Positions 1 through 8,755 of a stretch of DNA of 61,062 bases are shown here, in pieces (the first letter of the stretch is position 1; each line of letters starts with the position of its first letter). A program made the translations under genes and the position numbers. The notes beneath the pieces were generated by a model that was not told the DNA's origin, ran no database searches, and saw only the letters and a list, made by a program, of their open reading frames with translations. Source of the DNA: Bacillota bacterium (lineage in GTDB: Bacteria > Bacillota > Clostridia > Lachnospirales > Anaerotignaceae); NCBI GenBank assembly GCA_044425835.1, contig JAWXUZ010000001.1, positions 1 to 61,062 on the forward strand, in the 5' to 3' direction.

Positions 1-59
1 TGTCTTCTATTATTATAAAATCTTATAACAAAGGTGATTCTGTGAATACAATTGCAAAA

Positions 60-75
60 ACACAAGATATAGACC
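60..75. promoter_or_regulatory. NrdR-box-like motif (single)
   Basis: ACACAAGATATAGACC resembles acaCwAtATaTwGtg; any regulated gene would lie left of the window; only one copy visible. Confidence 0.25.
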
Positions 76-156
76 GCTTAGAAGTGGAAGAAGTTTTAAA
101 GATGTTTGGGATGTTGTAATGAACTGCTTGATCTGTCGGGGCGTTGGGATAATACG

Positions 157-447
157 ATTGAGATACCAACTAAATATCGCCAAAATTATCGTTTATTGAG
201 AATGGACGACCAGAGGGTCAGAGCGTCCTACAAAAGCTTAGAATGCCAATGTGTAGGGTGTTCCCTTGGTCGTCCGATTGCGTTATTTTTAAAAGTATCT
301 TTTTGTTGAGAGCGGACGACCACAGGTCGCCCCTACTTGGAATGCCAATGTGTGGGGTGTTCCCTTGGTCGTCCGATTGCGTTATTTTTAAAAGTATCGT
401 TTTGTTGAGAGCGGGCGACCACAGGTCGCCCCTACTTAGAATGCCAA
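157..447. repeat. REP family A cluster with 99-bp tandem duplication
   Basis: Unit starting GAATGCCAA recurs at 241, 340 and 439 (period 99); contains CGG(G/A)CGACCACAGGTCGCCCCTAC and degenerate partner REPs; flank ATTGAGATACCAACTAAATAT shared with the copy at 53031. Confidence 0.85.
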
Positions 448-513
448 GCATAGGTGGCAAGGTGTTAAACTTTCAGTGACTGGTTGCAAAAAATAAAAGA
501 CCTATGGTCTAAA

Positions 514-1830
514 TCAAAATGGGTCTACGCTTTGGTTATTTTCAAATGCCTTTGCAGTGATTCTCACTGTACTAAACTTACCATCACTAGTACTCACTTC
601 ATACCCAATCCCCACATCGGTCCCAAACATAGCTCCATGATAATAAACACTTCCGTAATTGTCTACCTCACCAGGTCCATAGGAGTAACCTGCTTTTGAG
701 TTCCCTAAAGTGGCTCCGCCAGTCCCATAACTGAACCCTTTGTTGGTGTAGCCACTATTACTATTAGATTGCACTAATATTATCTTAACTCTTCCAGAGT
801 CCGTATATGCTACCTGCACTCCAGCAGAGTTATCATAATACTTATAGTATGTATCTCCATCGCTAGTATTAATTGCATCAGGCTCCCCAAACTTACTCTC
901 AATACTCGCTCTGCTCTCTCCAATGTAAATACTTTGCCCATTCATCAAAGTGGCTCCACCTATCTTAAGTGAATGGGTATACTCTCCGCTCACAGCATTG
1001 TCAGTATCAACATAATAAGCGCCTTCTGGTAATCCATGTGCGTTACCTGCTGGGGCATTTTCATAATAGATCTTGTGATTGTAATTTTGTAGATTAGCTG
1101 CTTCGTCAAAACCAACACTGTCAATAAATGCAGAAGCATCGGTATACTGACTCGCATCACCAAACTTCCCGACATAATTAGCACCTTGGTTGCTTTCCAC
1201 CACTGCTTGGTCGTTTTCTAGGCTGACACTGCTAAAGTTGATGTCAACTCTTCTGCTGTCATTATTCCAACTTACCTCTGCTCCAGTCGCCTCCGCTATC
1301 GCTCTCAGTGGGAGGTAGTATCTGCCACCTGTCATTTTTGGTGCAGCATCTGATGGAACTACTGCCCCGCTCTGCATGATTGTGTTATCCTTCAACACAG
1401 TGATCTCGCTCATCAACACAGTTGTGCCTGTTTTGATTGTGATCAAAGCAGGATTTGTACTACCATAAGTACGCATGAGGTTATCATCATTACTACTCCA
1501 CACCTCTGCATTCCAGTCTACTTCATAACCCATTGTTTCAAATACGCCTCTCAACGGTACCATGGTGCGTCCATTTTCAATGAATGGGGCTGCGTCGGTA
1601 AACGAGATTGCACTGCCGTTCACATACACGCTGATTGGCGAGGTGGTGTTTGCTAGTGCCGTTTCTGGTGCAAAGAAATCTGTTTTGATTGAATGGTTCA
1701 AAAAGTTTGTATCCTCATGCGGTTTCAATTCTAACCCCATCAAAGCTACCGTCATGACACTGCACAATGTGCCTTTGATTAGCAAACCTTGTATTTTTTT
1801 TGTTTCTACATTCCGAACATTGAATTTCAT
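514..1830 (-). CDS. Secreted/surface protein with copper amine oxidase-like N-terminal (stalk) domain
   Basis: ISVYVNG..FTDAAPFIENGRTMVPLRGVFETMGYEVDW and GRYYLPLRAIAEATGAEVSWN motifs; start moved to ATG 1830 after AAGGAGG. Confidence 0.8.
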   Translation of the reverse strand: MKFNVRNVETKKIQGLLIKGTLCSVMTVALMGLELKPHEDTNFLNHSIKTDFFAPETALANTTSPISVYVNGSAISFTDAAPFIENGRTMVPLRGVFETMGYEVDWNAEVWSSNDDNLMRTYGSTNPALITIKTGTTVLMSEITVLKDNTIMQSGAVVPSDAAPKMTGGRYYLPLRAIAEATGAEVSWNNDSRRVDINFSSVSLENDQAVVESNQGANYVGKFGDASQYTDASAFIDSVGFDEAANLQNYNHKIYYENAPAGNAHGLPEGAYYVDTDNAVSGEYTHSLKIGGATLMNGQSIYIGESRASIESKFGEPDAINTSDGDTYYKYYDNSAGVQVAYTDSGRVKIILVQSNSNSGYTNKGFSYGTGGATLGNSKAGYSYGPGEVDNYGSVYYHGAMFGTDVGIGYEVSTSDGKFSTVRITAKAFENNQSVDPF

Positions 1831-1902
1831 TTTTCGTTCCTCCTTTTCGTTCTCAAATGACCCGAACCGCCAGTCTTTCATTGTAATGTTTTCTTTCTTT
1901 CT

Positions 1903-1940
1903 AGTGTACTATAATTGGCTGAATTTGTCAAACGTTTGAC
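1903..1940 (-). promoter_or_regulatory. sigma-A promoter with overlapping palindromic operator candidate
   Basis: TTGACA(1931-1926)-17-TACACT(1908-1903); perfect palindrome GTCAAACGTTTGAC at 1927-1940. Confidence 0.55.
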
Positions 1941-2033
1941 TGCGTATCCGTTGCGTACCCAAAGAAGTGGGTTGCCACTTTGGGTATTGCAATGCAAAAT
2001 GACGGAGAAACTTCCGCTTCTTTCATATTTTTA

Positions 2034-2062
2034 TTGACAAAAAGAAAGAAAAGCCCTACAAT
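2034..2062 (+). promoter_or_regulatory. sigma-A promoter of the AAA-VWA operon
   Basis: TTGACA and TACAAT at promoter-like spacing upstream of the AAA gene. Confidence 0.55.
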
Positions 2063-2119
2063 ATAGTTAGTGTACGAAATAAATTATCTATCACAAGCAA
2101 AATGAAAGGTGGAAAACAA

Positions 2120-2935
2120 ATGGATACAAAATTTCAAGGCAGTGAAAATTACGTGGCAAGCCCACAACTTATGAGTGCGGTCAATATCGCAATGGCACTC
2201 GAAAAACCTTTGCTCATCAAAGGAGAACCGGGAACGGGGAAAACCGTCCTTGCAGAAGCGATTGCAAAATCACTCAACAAAAAACTCGTGATCTGGAACA
2301 TCAAATCGACTACAAAAGCACAAGATGGTCTTTACGTATATGACGTGGTGCAACGTCTCTACGACGGACAATTCGGTAGCGAAGGCGGTGTCGATGACAT
2401 TGCAAAATACGTAAAAATGGGGAAACTTGGCGAAGCGTTTTCTGATGAAGAACAAGTCGTTTTGTTAATCGATGAAATCGACAAAGCCGATCTTGAATTC
2501 CCAAATGACTTACTTTGGGAGCTTGACAAAATGGAATTTTACATTCCTGAAACGAAAGAAACAATAAAAGCGAAAAATCGCCCAATCGTAATCGTTACGT
2601 CGAATGCGGAAAAAGAATTGCCTGATGCATTTTTGCGTCGTTGTATCTTCCATTTCATTGAATTTCCAAACGAAGAACAACTCTCAGATATCATTCATGT
2701 GCATTACCCTGATGTCAAAGAAGCCTTGCTTACTCAAGTGTTAAAAGCATTTTACTGGATTCGTTCCTTGCCAAGCATTCAGAAAAAACCAAGTACTTCC
2801 GAAGTCCTTGACTGGATCCAAGCCTTGCAACTCACAGGCGTTCCAGTAGAAGAAATCGACGAAAAAGTACCGTTTGCAGGTGTTTTGCTCAAAAAGAATG
2901 AAGACATTGACAACATGAACAGACATTTAAAGTAA
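2120..2935 (+). CDS. MoxR-family AAA+ ATPase
   Basis: Walker A GEPGTGKT, Walker B LLIDEIDKAD, TSN sensor, ELPDAFLRRC. Confidence 0.92.
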   Translation: MDTKFQGSENYVASPQLMSAVNIAMALEKPLLIKGEPGTGKTVLAEAIAKSLNKKLVIWNIKSTTKAQDGLYVYDVVQRLYDGQFGSEGGVDDIAKYVKMGKLGEAFSDEEQVVLLIDEIDKADLEFPNDLLWELDKMEFYIPETKETIKAKNRPIVIVTSNAEKELPDAFLRRCIFHFIEFPNEEQLSDIIHVHYPDVKEALLTQVLKAFYWIRSLPSIQKKPSTSEVLDWIQALQLTGVPVEEIDEKVPFAGVLLKKNEDIDNMNRHLK

Positions 2936-2951
2936 AAGAGGTGTATCCTAT

Positions 2952-4145
2952 ATGTTCACGGCATTTTTTTACGTCCTTCGTGCAAGGGGTCTTAAGGTTT
3001 CTCTCAATGAGTGGCTCACCCTCACGAAAGCATTAGAAATGGGATTGCACCAATCGAGTTTCACTGGATTTTACTATCTTTGTCGATGCATATTGGTCAA
3101 TAGTGAAGCCGATTTCGATAAATTCGACGGTGCCTTTTTGGAATATTTTCAAGATATGGAAACGACTGGAGAGTTGCCACAAGAACTAATCGATTGGCTC
3201 GAAAATCCCGAAGAACAACCAGGCAATGAATTTGATATGGATCGTGCAATGGAAAATGAGCAAATTTCTCAAGAGGACATTCAAAAAATGCTCCTAGAAC
3301 GTCTCGACGAACAAAAAGAAGAACACAACGGCGGAAGTTACTGGGTCGGTACTGGCGGTGTTTCTGTCTTTGGCAATAGCGGATTTAGTCCTCGTGGGAT
3401 TCGTGTCGGGGGCAAGGGCGGTCAAAAACGTGCGTTCCAAGTCGCTTCCGAGAGGAATTTCAGAGACTTTCGGAATGACAACACGCTCGATACCCGTCAA
3501 TTTCAAATGGCATTACGCAAATTGCGTGAATTTTCTTCTCGTTTGGATACGAGCGAGTTGGAATTTGACATTGATGGCACAATCAGAAAAACAGGGGACA
3601 AAGGTGGAACACTGGAAATTGCATACAAAAAACCACGTCGTAATACAGTGAAAGTCTTGTTGCTGATCGATAGTGGTGGTTCTATGGAATATTACAGTCG
3701 CTTGTGCAGTGCCTTGTTCCAAGCCATGGAAAAGTCGAATCACTTGAAAGATTTACAGGTATATTACTTCCATAACTGTATTTATTCGAGAATTTATAAA
3801 GAAGCAGATCTCCGTCCGTCGTCACTCGTTTCGACAGAGTGGGTGCTGAACCAATGCAGTAAGGAATACAAAGTCATCGTCGTAGGCGATGGACAGATGG
3901 AACCGTCGGAATTGTTCAGCGGTAGCTACTACTCCTACGGGGCAAGAGATGCCGTTCCTGGAATGGAGTGGCTGAAACGCATTTTGGAGAAGTATCCACA
4001 TACTGTGTGGCTCAATCCAGCAAATGCTCCGTACCGTGGGTGGTGGTCGAAAACGTATGACACGATTGAAGCCATGTTCCATATGTACCCTTTGAGTTTG
4101 GAGGGGTTGCAGTCGGCTTTGAAAAAGTTGATGGTTTCTCGCTGA
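2952..4145 (+). CDS. VWA-domain (CoxE-like) partner of the MoxR ATPase
   Basis: MIDAS-like LLIDSGGSM, YYFHNC, VGD, WLNP; adjacent to the AAA gene. Confidence 0.88.
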   Translation: MFTAFFYVLRARGLKVSLNEWLTLTKALEMGLHQSSFTGFYYLCRCILVNSEADFDKFDGAFLEYFQDMETTGELPQELIDWLENPEEQPGNEFDMDRAMENEQISQEDIQKMLLERLDEQKEEHNGGSYWVGTGGVSVFGNSGFSPRGIRVGGKGGQKRAFQVASERNFRDFRNDNTLDTRQFQMALRKLREFSSRLDTSELEFDIDGTIRKTGDKGGTLEIAYKKPRRNTVKVLLLIDSGGSMEYYSRLCSALFQAMEKSNHLKDLQVYYFHNCIYSRIYKEADLRPSSLVSTEWVLNQCSKEYKVIVVGDGQMEPSELFSGSYYSYGARDAVPGMEWLKRILEKYPHTVWLNPANAPYRGWWSKTYDTIEAMFHMYPLSLEGLQSALKKLMVSR

Positions 4146-4161
4146 TACAATTGCTTATACT

Positions 4162-4199
4162 AAAAATACCAACTTCAAAAGAGAGGTTGGTATTTTTTT
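4162..4199 (+). terminator. Intrinsic terminator
   Basis: AAAAATACCAACTTC...GAGGTTGGTATTTTTTT hairpin plus T-tract. Confidence 0.75.
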
Positions 4200-4224
4200 G
4201 ATTGATTTGTAATTATTCAGTACT

Positions 4225-4367
4225 CTAAAATAAGGTGGAGGACATGTAATCGGGCGACCAAAGGTACGCCCCTACATATTAATACTTTAGGCTTTGTGTA
4301 GGGGCGACCTGTGGTCGCCCGCTCTCGATAAAACGATAATTTAGCAATATTTAATTGGTATCACAAT
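4225..4367. repeat. REP family A inverted doublet (REPIN-like)
   Basis: CGGGCGACCAAAGGTACGCCCCTAC (4251-4275) and GTAGGGGCGACCTGTGGTCGCCCG (4298-4321) with conserved flanks. Confidence 0.9.
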
Positions 4368-4438
4368 ACTAAAGTGAGCAAAAATTAAAGTTTTGCTCAC
4401 TCAAAGCCTATCTTCAACTTTTTCAAAGGTATTTGTTG

Positions 4439-4468
4439 GCAGAGTTTGAGACGAAGTCTCAAGGTTTT
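4439..4468 (-). repeat. Repeat family B core (GAGA variant)
   Basis: Minus strand AAAACC-TT-GAGA-C-TTC-G-TCTC-AAA-CTCT-GC. Confidence 0.8.
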
Positions 4469-4521
4469 ATCCCTTGATTTTAGAATCTTTCACTTAATCA
4501 ATAGACACTAAATAGTTACAT

Positions 4522-5124
4522 TTATTTTTTGGATTTTCTAGGTTTTCTTTGCTTTTTTTCGGTCTGTGGTTTTTTGACGGAATATCCAAACGTACCGATT
4601 TGTTTCCCCAAACCGAAATATCCACCGTGTGAATAACAAATTGGCTTGCTGTCATTGAAATGAAATTTGCCTGTTTCATCTAAATATTCATCAGACACAC
4701 TGACAGAAACGACTTCCGCCAAAAACATATCGTGTGTACCGAGTGGAATGACATCTTTCACTCGACATTCAATGTTGACTGGGCTTTCATAAATTATCGG
4801 TGCCTCGACTTTTTCTCCTTTTTTTGGAGTGAGTTTCATTTCTTTGAATTTATCAAGGTCACGCCCACTTTTGACACCACAGTAATCACATGCAAAAGTC
4901 AGCGGTTCTGTCACTAAGTTGATGACAAATTCGCCTGTATTTTTGATGATATCATAAGAATGACGTTCCTTGCGAATCGATACATACGTCATAGCGGGGT
5001 CACTGTTGATTGTGCCTGTCCATGCAGCGGTGAATATATTTCCTGTCGTTTCCGTACCGCAAGATACCATGACGACTGGCACAGGATATAGTACTGTACC
5101 CGGTTTCCAAATGTCTTTTCCCAT
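4522..5124 (-). CDS. Flavin reductase family protein (flavoredoxin-like)
   Basis: LYPVPVVMVSC, EFVINL, CGVKSGRD.DKF, ESPVNIEC, LGTHDMF. Confidence 0.9.
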   Translation of the reverse strand: MGKDIWKPGTVLYPVPVVMVSCGTETTGNIFTAAWTGTINSDPAMTYVSIRKERHSYDIIKNTGEFVINLVTEPLTFACDYCGVKSGRDLDKFKEMKLTPKKGEKVEAPIIYESPVNIECRVKDVIPLGTHDMFLAEVVSVSVSDEYLDETGKFHFNDSKPICYSHGGYFGLGKQIGTFGYSVKKPQTEKKQRKPRKSKK

Positions 5125-5134
5125 TGGTGCCTCC

Positions 5135-5446
5135 TTAGTGATTGATAATTTCTGTAACCCGATGATTCATAGAAATGGCATTGACACGCTGCGCTTTCAT
5201 TTTTATGGTATCAGGGCATACATCGTAACACGAATACGGATCTAAATTGCAACCAATATCAAACGCCAAAGTGCCATTTATTACACAACACTTATTTTGG
5301 AAGGTGTTGAAGTCACGTAATTCTTCTAGTTTTTTTGTAATATGTGTGGCATCGTATTGATAAATCTCTCCGCTTGCGTAGTGAACAATCACTGAAAAAT
5401 CTCGCTGTGGTGCGACTTGAACGACTTGGTCTCCATATTGAATCAT
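5135..5446 (-). CDS. DUF2442-like protein (putative antitoxin partner)
   Basis: VVQVAP..DFSVIVHY..GEI..YD, GTLAF, DVCPD; start overlaps the stop of the DUF4160 gene. Confidence 0.7.
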   Translation of the reverse strand: MIQYGDQVVQVAPQRDFSVIVHYASGEIYQYDATHITKKLEELRDFNTFQNKCCVINGTLAFDIGCNLDPYSCYDVCPDTIKMKAQRVNAISMNHRVTEIINH

Positions 5447-5691
5447 CGAAATCCCTCCAATCTATGTATGGATTGTGTGTTCCACATGTCCATCAATTCG
5501 TCTTCGTGAAGCACTGTCCATCCCAATAATATTTTTAATTTTTTGATTGGTAGTTTACCTTGCATAATGGTTGCCTCAGTAATAGAAACGATTGCTTTGT
5601 CGTCACCGTATGTTGCATGGAAATGCGGTGGATTATGATCGTCAAAATACATTTCAATTTTAATTCCTTCTAGCATACAAATAATCGGCAT
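5443..5691 (-). CDS. DUF4160 protein (HicA-like putative toxin)
   Basis: MPII..GIKIEMYFDDHNPPHFHATYG, W...HEDELMDMW. Confidence 0.88.
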   Translation of the reverse strand: MPIICMLEGIKIEMYFDDHNPPHFHATYGDDKAIVSITEATIMQGKLPIKKLKILLGWTVLHEDELMDMWNTQSIHRLEGFR

Positions 5692-5724
5692 GGAACATCA
5701 CCCCTTTTTTATATCTTTCTTACA

Positions 5725-5798
5725 AGTATATCAAAATTTCAGAATTTGTAAAGCTTTTTTCTCACTTTCATTGACAAATCGTGATTTTATTGTACAAT
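5725..5798. promoter_or_regulatory. Back-to-back sigma-A promoters (DUF4160 pair and thrC)
   Basis: Minus: TTTACA-16-TATACT (5752-5725); plus: TTGACA(5771)-16-TACAAT(5793) with TG. Confidence 0.5.
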
Positions 5799-5844
5799 AT
5801 AAAGTGGTGAACTATTAATGATTATAAAGTGAAAGGAAGATACC

Positions 5845-7314
5845 ATGAACCATTTGGCATACATCGGAACGAGAGACAACAAAATATCAGCAACGGCTTC
5901 GGAAGCCATCGTCAACGGACTTTGTGCCGACGGCGGACTCTACATTCCAAAAGAAATTCCGAAAATCGACAAAACACTCGAGCAACTCGCAACGCTTTCA
6001 TACCAAGATTTGGCATATGAAGTATTGAAGTTGTACGTGGATTTTACAGAAGACGAACTCCGTCACTGCATCAACTCTGCATACGATGATAAATTCGACA
6101 CGAAAGCCATTGTGCCACTCGTGAAAAAAGACGATGCTTTGTTCTTGGAATTGTTCCACGGACGTACTTTGGCTTTCAAAGATATGGCACTTTCTATTTT
6201 GCCATACCTCATGAAAACAGCAGTGAAACGTGTGGGCATGGAAAAAGAAATCGTCATCTTGACAGCAACTTCGGGCGATACAGGAAAAGCCGCTCTTGAA
6301 GGGTTTGCTGATGTGGACGGCCTTCGCATTATGGTATTTTTCCCTGAAGACGGTGTGAGTCCTGTACAAAAATTGCAAATGACCACACAAGAAGGAAAAA
6401 ATACATCAGTCATTGGGATTTTAGGCAACTTCGACGATGCCCAAAGTGCAGTGAAAACAATTTTTACTGATGCCGCTCTACAAAAAGAATTGGCCGATGC
6501 TGGATTTGTATTTTCTTCTGCAAACTCCATTAATATTGGTCGTCTGATTCCACAAATTGTGTACTACTTCTCTGCGTATTTCCAAGCGGTTTCTATGAAA
6601 GAAATCGCTATGGGCGACAAATTGAATGTGTCAGTGCCAACTGGTAATTTCGGCGATTTATTGGCTGGGTGGTATGCAAAATCGATGGGCTTGCCGATTG
6701 GTGAATTCATCTGTGCTTCTAATGAAAATAAAGTACTTTTTGACTTCTTTGAGAGCAAAGGCAAATACGACAGAAATCGTAGTTTTCATATTACTGTATC
6801 GCCATCAATGGACATTTTGATTTCAAGCAATTTGGAACGATTGTTGTCGCATTCACTTGGGCAAGAGGTAACGAAAAATGCCATGGATTCACTCGGTGAA
6901 AAAGGTGCGTATGCGGTGGAGATGACAGAAACACATATCCACGGGCAATTCGCAACGAAAGAAGAAACGTTTGCTTCCATCAAAACGCTATTCGACAAAA
7001 CGAATTATGTGATGGATACGCACACAGCAGTAGGCTACGCAGCGTACAAAAAATACCAAACAGCCACAGGTGATATGACACCAACGGTTGTGGTATCGAC
7101 TGCGAGTCCGTATAAATTTACGAAAGACGTCATGATGGCACTTGAAAAAGCGAAAGCAGATGACGACGATTTCTTGCTCATGAAACAACTTGAAACATTG
7201 AGTGGTGTGATGATTCCGAAAACGATTGATCATTTGGAACAAAGAGAAGTATTGCATAAGACAGTTGTGGCAAAAGAAGAAATTACGAATACGGTACGAG
7301 GGTTTTTGAAGTAA
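5845..7314 (+). CDS. thrC: Threonine synthase
   Basis: LELFHGRTLAFKD (PLP Lys), ATSGDTG, SANSINIGRL, VPTGNFGD, STASPYKF. Confidence 0.96.
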   Translation: MNHLAYIGTRDNKISATASEAIVNGLCADGGLYIPKEIPKIDKTLEQLATLSYQDLAYEVLKLYVDFTEDELRHCINSAYDDKFDTKAIVPLVKKDDALFLELFHGRTLAFKDMALSILPYLMKTAVKRVGMEKEIVILTATSGDTGKAALEGFADVDGLRIMVFFPEDGVSPVQKLQMTTQEGKNTSVIGILGNFDDAQSAVKTIFTDAALQKELADAGFVFSSANSINIGRLIPQIVYYFSAYFQAVSMKEIAMGDKLNVSVPTGNFGDLLAGWYAKSMGLPIGEFICASNENKVLFDFFESKGKYDRNRSFHITVSPSMDILISSNLERLLSHSLGQEVTKNAMDSLGEKGAYAVEMTETHIHGQFATKEETFASIKTLFDKTNYVMDTHTAVGYAAYKKYQTATGDMTPTVVVSTASPYKFTKDVMMALEKAKADDDDFLLMKQLETLSGVMIPKTIDHLEQREVLHKTVVAKEEITNTVRGFLK

Positions 7315-7340
7315 TAACCCGTAGGTTTGGAGTAAAAAAG

Positions 7341-7610
7341 AAAGACCTTGAGACGCTGTCTCAAACTCTGCGAAAATATCTTTTAAAAAAATCGAGTAAA
7401 ACTTTTATAAAAGTTTGCAGGGTCAACTCATTTTGCTACGTAGCCGCTGTATTCTTCAGCGGTGGTGGGGTTTGGGGCAAAGCCCCAAGGTCTTTCCCTT
7501 CAAAAATTCGCAATACTTTCAATTTTGTAAACACTTAGGCAAACAACAATAAAGTTTTGATCAAACTTTTACAAAAGTTTGCAGGGTTTGGGACAGCGTC
7601 CCAAGGTCCT
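7341..7610. repeat. Cluster of three family B copies
   Basis: 7341-7406 (+, GAGA), 7461-7495 (-, GGGG), 7551-7610 (-, GGGA). Confidence 0.88.
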
Positions 7611-7632
7611 AAAAAACAACAAGGAGAACGGT

Positions 7633-8208
7633 ATGAGGAGCTTTATCGCAATTGAACTAGACCAAGAAACAAAACAATACCTGTCAGAAATACAACAAAA
7701 TAGCCGTGCATTTTGCAGAAAAGGCTCCTATACGCCTCGTGAAAATATGCTACTAAACTTCTACTTCTTAGGCGAAATCGACCGAGACGACATCCCTTAC
7801 GTCCAAGAAGCCATGTTTGAAGTCGGCAAACGCACTGCACCATTTACGCTAAGCCTAAATGAACTGAATTTTTTCACGAAAGGCAACTTCGCTACAATGG
7901 TAACGACACTCAATAAACATAAATCCATGGAAGGTCTATTTTTTGGGCTGTCAAAAAGTTTGAGTCGCCAAGGCTTCGGCAAAGACAAAACAGGCCTCAC
8001 CTCGCACATCACACTCGGGAAAGACATCATCGCCCAAAAAGGCTTTGCTGACGTACAGAAAAAAATCACAGTCGAACCCCGTGAAATTACAGTGGAAAAA
8101 ATTGTACTAATCGAAAGCAAACGCCGTGGTGTCGACTTGTTCTATAAAACGCTATTCACGCAACCACTGACAGGTACTGATCGAAAAAAACGCACACCAA
8201 CGAAGTAA
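7633..8208 (+). CDS. thpR: RNA 2',3'-cyclic phosphodiesterase-like (2H family), first HxT motif degenerate
   Basis: MRSFIAI start, FLGEI, PFTL, HITL, LIES; RBS AAGGAG before ATG 7633. Confidence 0.8.
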   Translation: MRSFIAIELDQETKQYLSEIQQNSRAFCRKGSYTPRENMLLNFYFLGEIDRDDIPYVQEAMFEVGKRTAPFTLSLNELNFFTKGNFATMVTTLNKHKSMEGLFFGLSKSLSRQGFGKDKTGLTSHITLGKDIIAQKGFADVQKKITVEPREITVEKIVLIESKRRGVDLFYKTLFTQPLTGTDRKKRTPTK

Positions 8209-8221
8209 AAGAGGAAAAAAT

Positions 8222-8755
8222 ATGGCACATTGGAACTCCAGAGGACTGCGTGGCAGTGTCCTAGAAGAAGCAATCAATTTCGTCAACGAACGCTACCAAA
8301 AACAAGGTCTTGCTTTATTCCAAAAAATCGCAACACCGATCACACCAGTTAAAATTGACCCGAATAACGGCACAATCACGCAAGCGTATTTTGAAAAACA
8401 TAGCACCGTCGATTATATCGGCGTCGCCCAAGGTGTGGCGATTTGTTTCGATGCCAAAGAAACTGCAAATAAAAGTCTACCCTTGAAAAATATCCATGCA
8501 CATCAAATTGAATTTATGCAAGCCTTCCAAAAACAAGGCGGTCTCGCTTTTTTATTGGTTCATTTTACGACACTCGACAAGTATTTTTTATTGCCGATTG
8601 AGTCGTTGGTGATGTACTACGAAACTGCAAACCAAGGCGGTCGCAAATCAATTCCACTCGAAGCGTTTGATACACAATACGAAATTATAAAAAAAGGCAA
8701 CGGTGTGTTGCATTATTTGGAAGCCGTACAGCGTTATAATGAAGCTTCTACTTAA
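8222..8755 (+). CDS. recU: Holliday junction resolvase RecU
   Basis: RGS.LEE.IN, QKIATPI, AYFE..STVDYIG, FDAKET, NIHAHQ. Confidence 0.95.
   Translation: MAHWNSRGLRGSVLEEAINFVNERYQKQGLALFQKIATPITPVKIDPNNGTITQAYFEKHSTVDYIGVAQGVAICFDAKETANKSLPLKNIHAHQIEFMQAFQKQGGLAFLLVHFTTLDKYFLLPIESLVMYYETANQGGRKSIPLEAFDTQYEIIKKGNGVLHYLEAVQRYNEAST

Noticed and set aside
241-447. Possible CRISPR array
   Set aside because: The intervening sequences are duplicated rather than unique spacers, the period is 99 bp, the motif is dispersed REP A, and no cas genes are present.
106-479. Short ORFs 106-309, 218-460 and 243-479
   Set aside because: They are translations of REP repeats; the same peptides (GDLWSPAL, GRPQVAPT) recur at other repeat copies.
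7461-7495. G-quadruplex at GGGGTTTGGGG
   Set aside because: Only two G-tracts, and the A-containing variants (AGAG-TTT-GAGA) preserve mirror symmetry rather than G-runs.
7579-7632. N-terminal extension of ThpR
   Set aside because: It lies in a family B repeat; the RBS supports ATG 7633.
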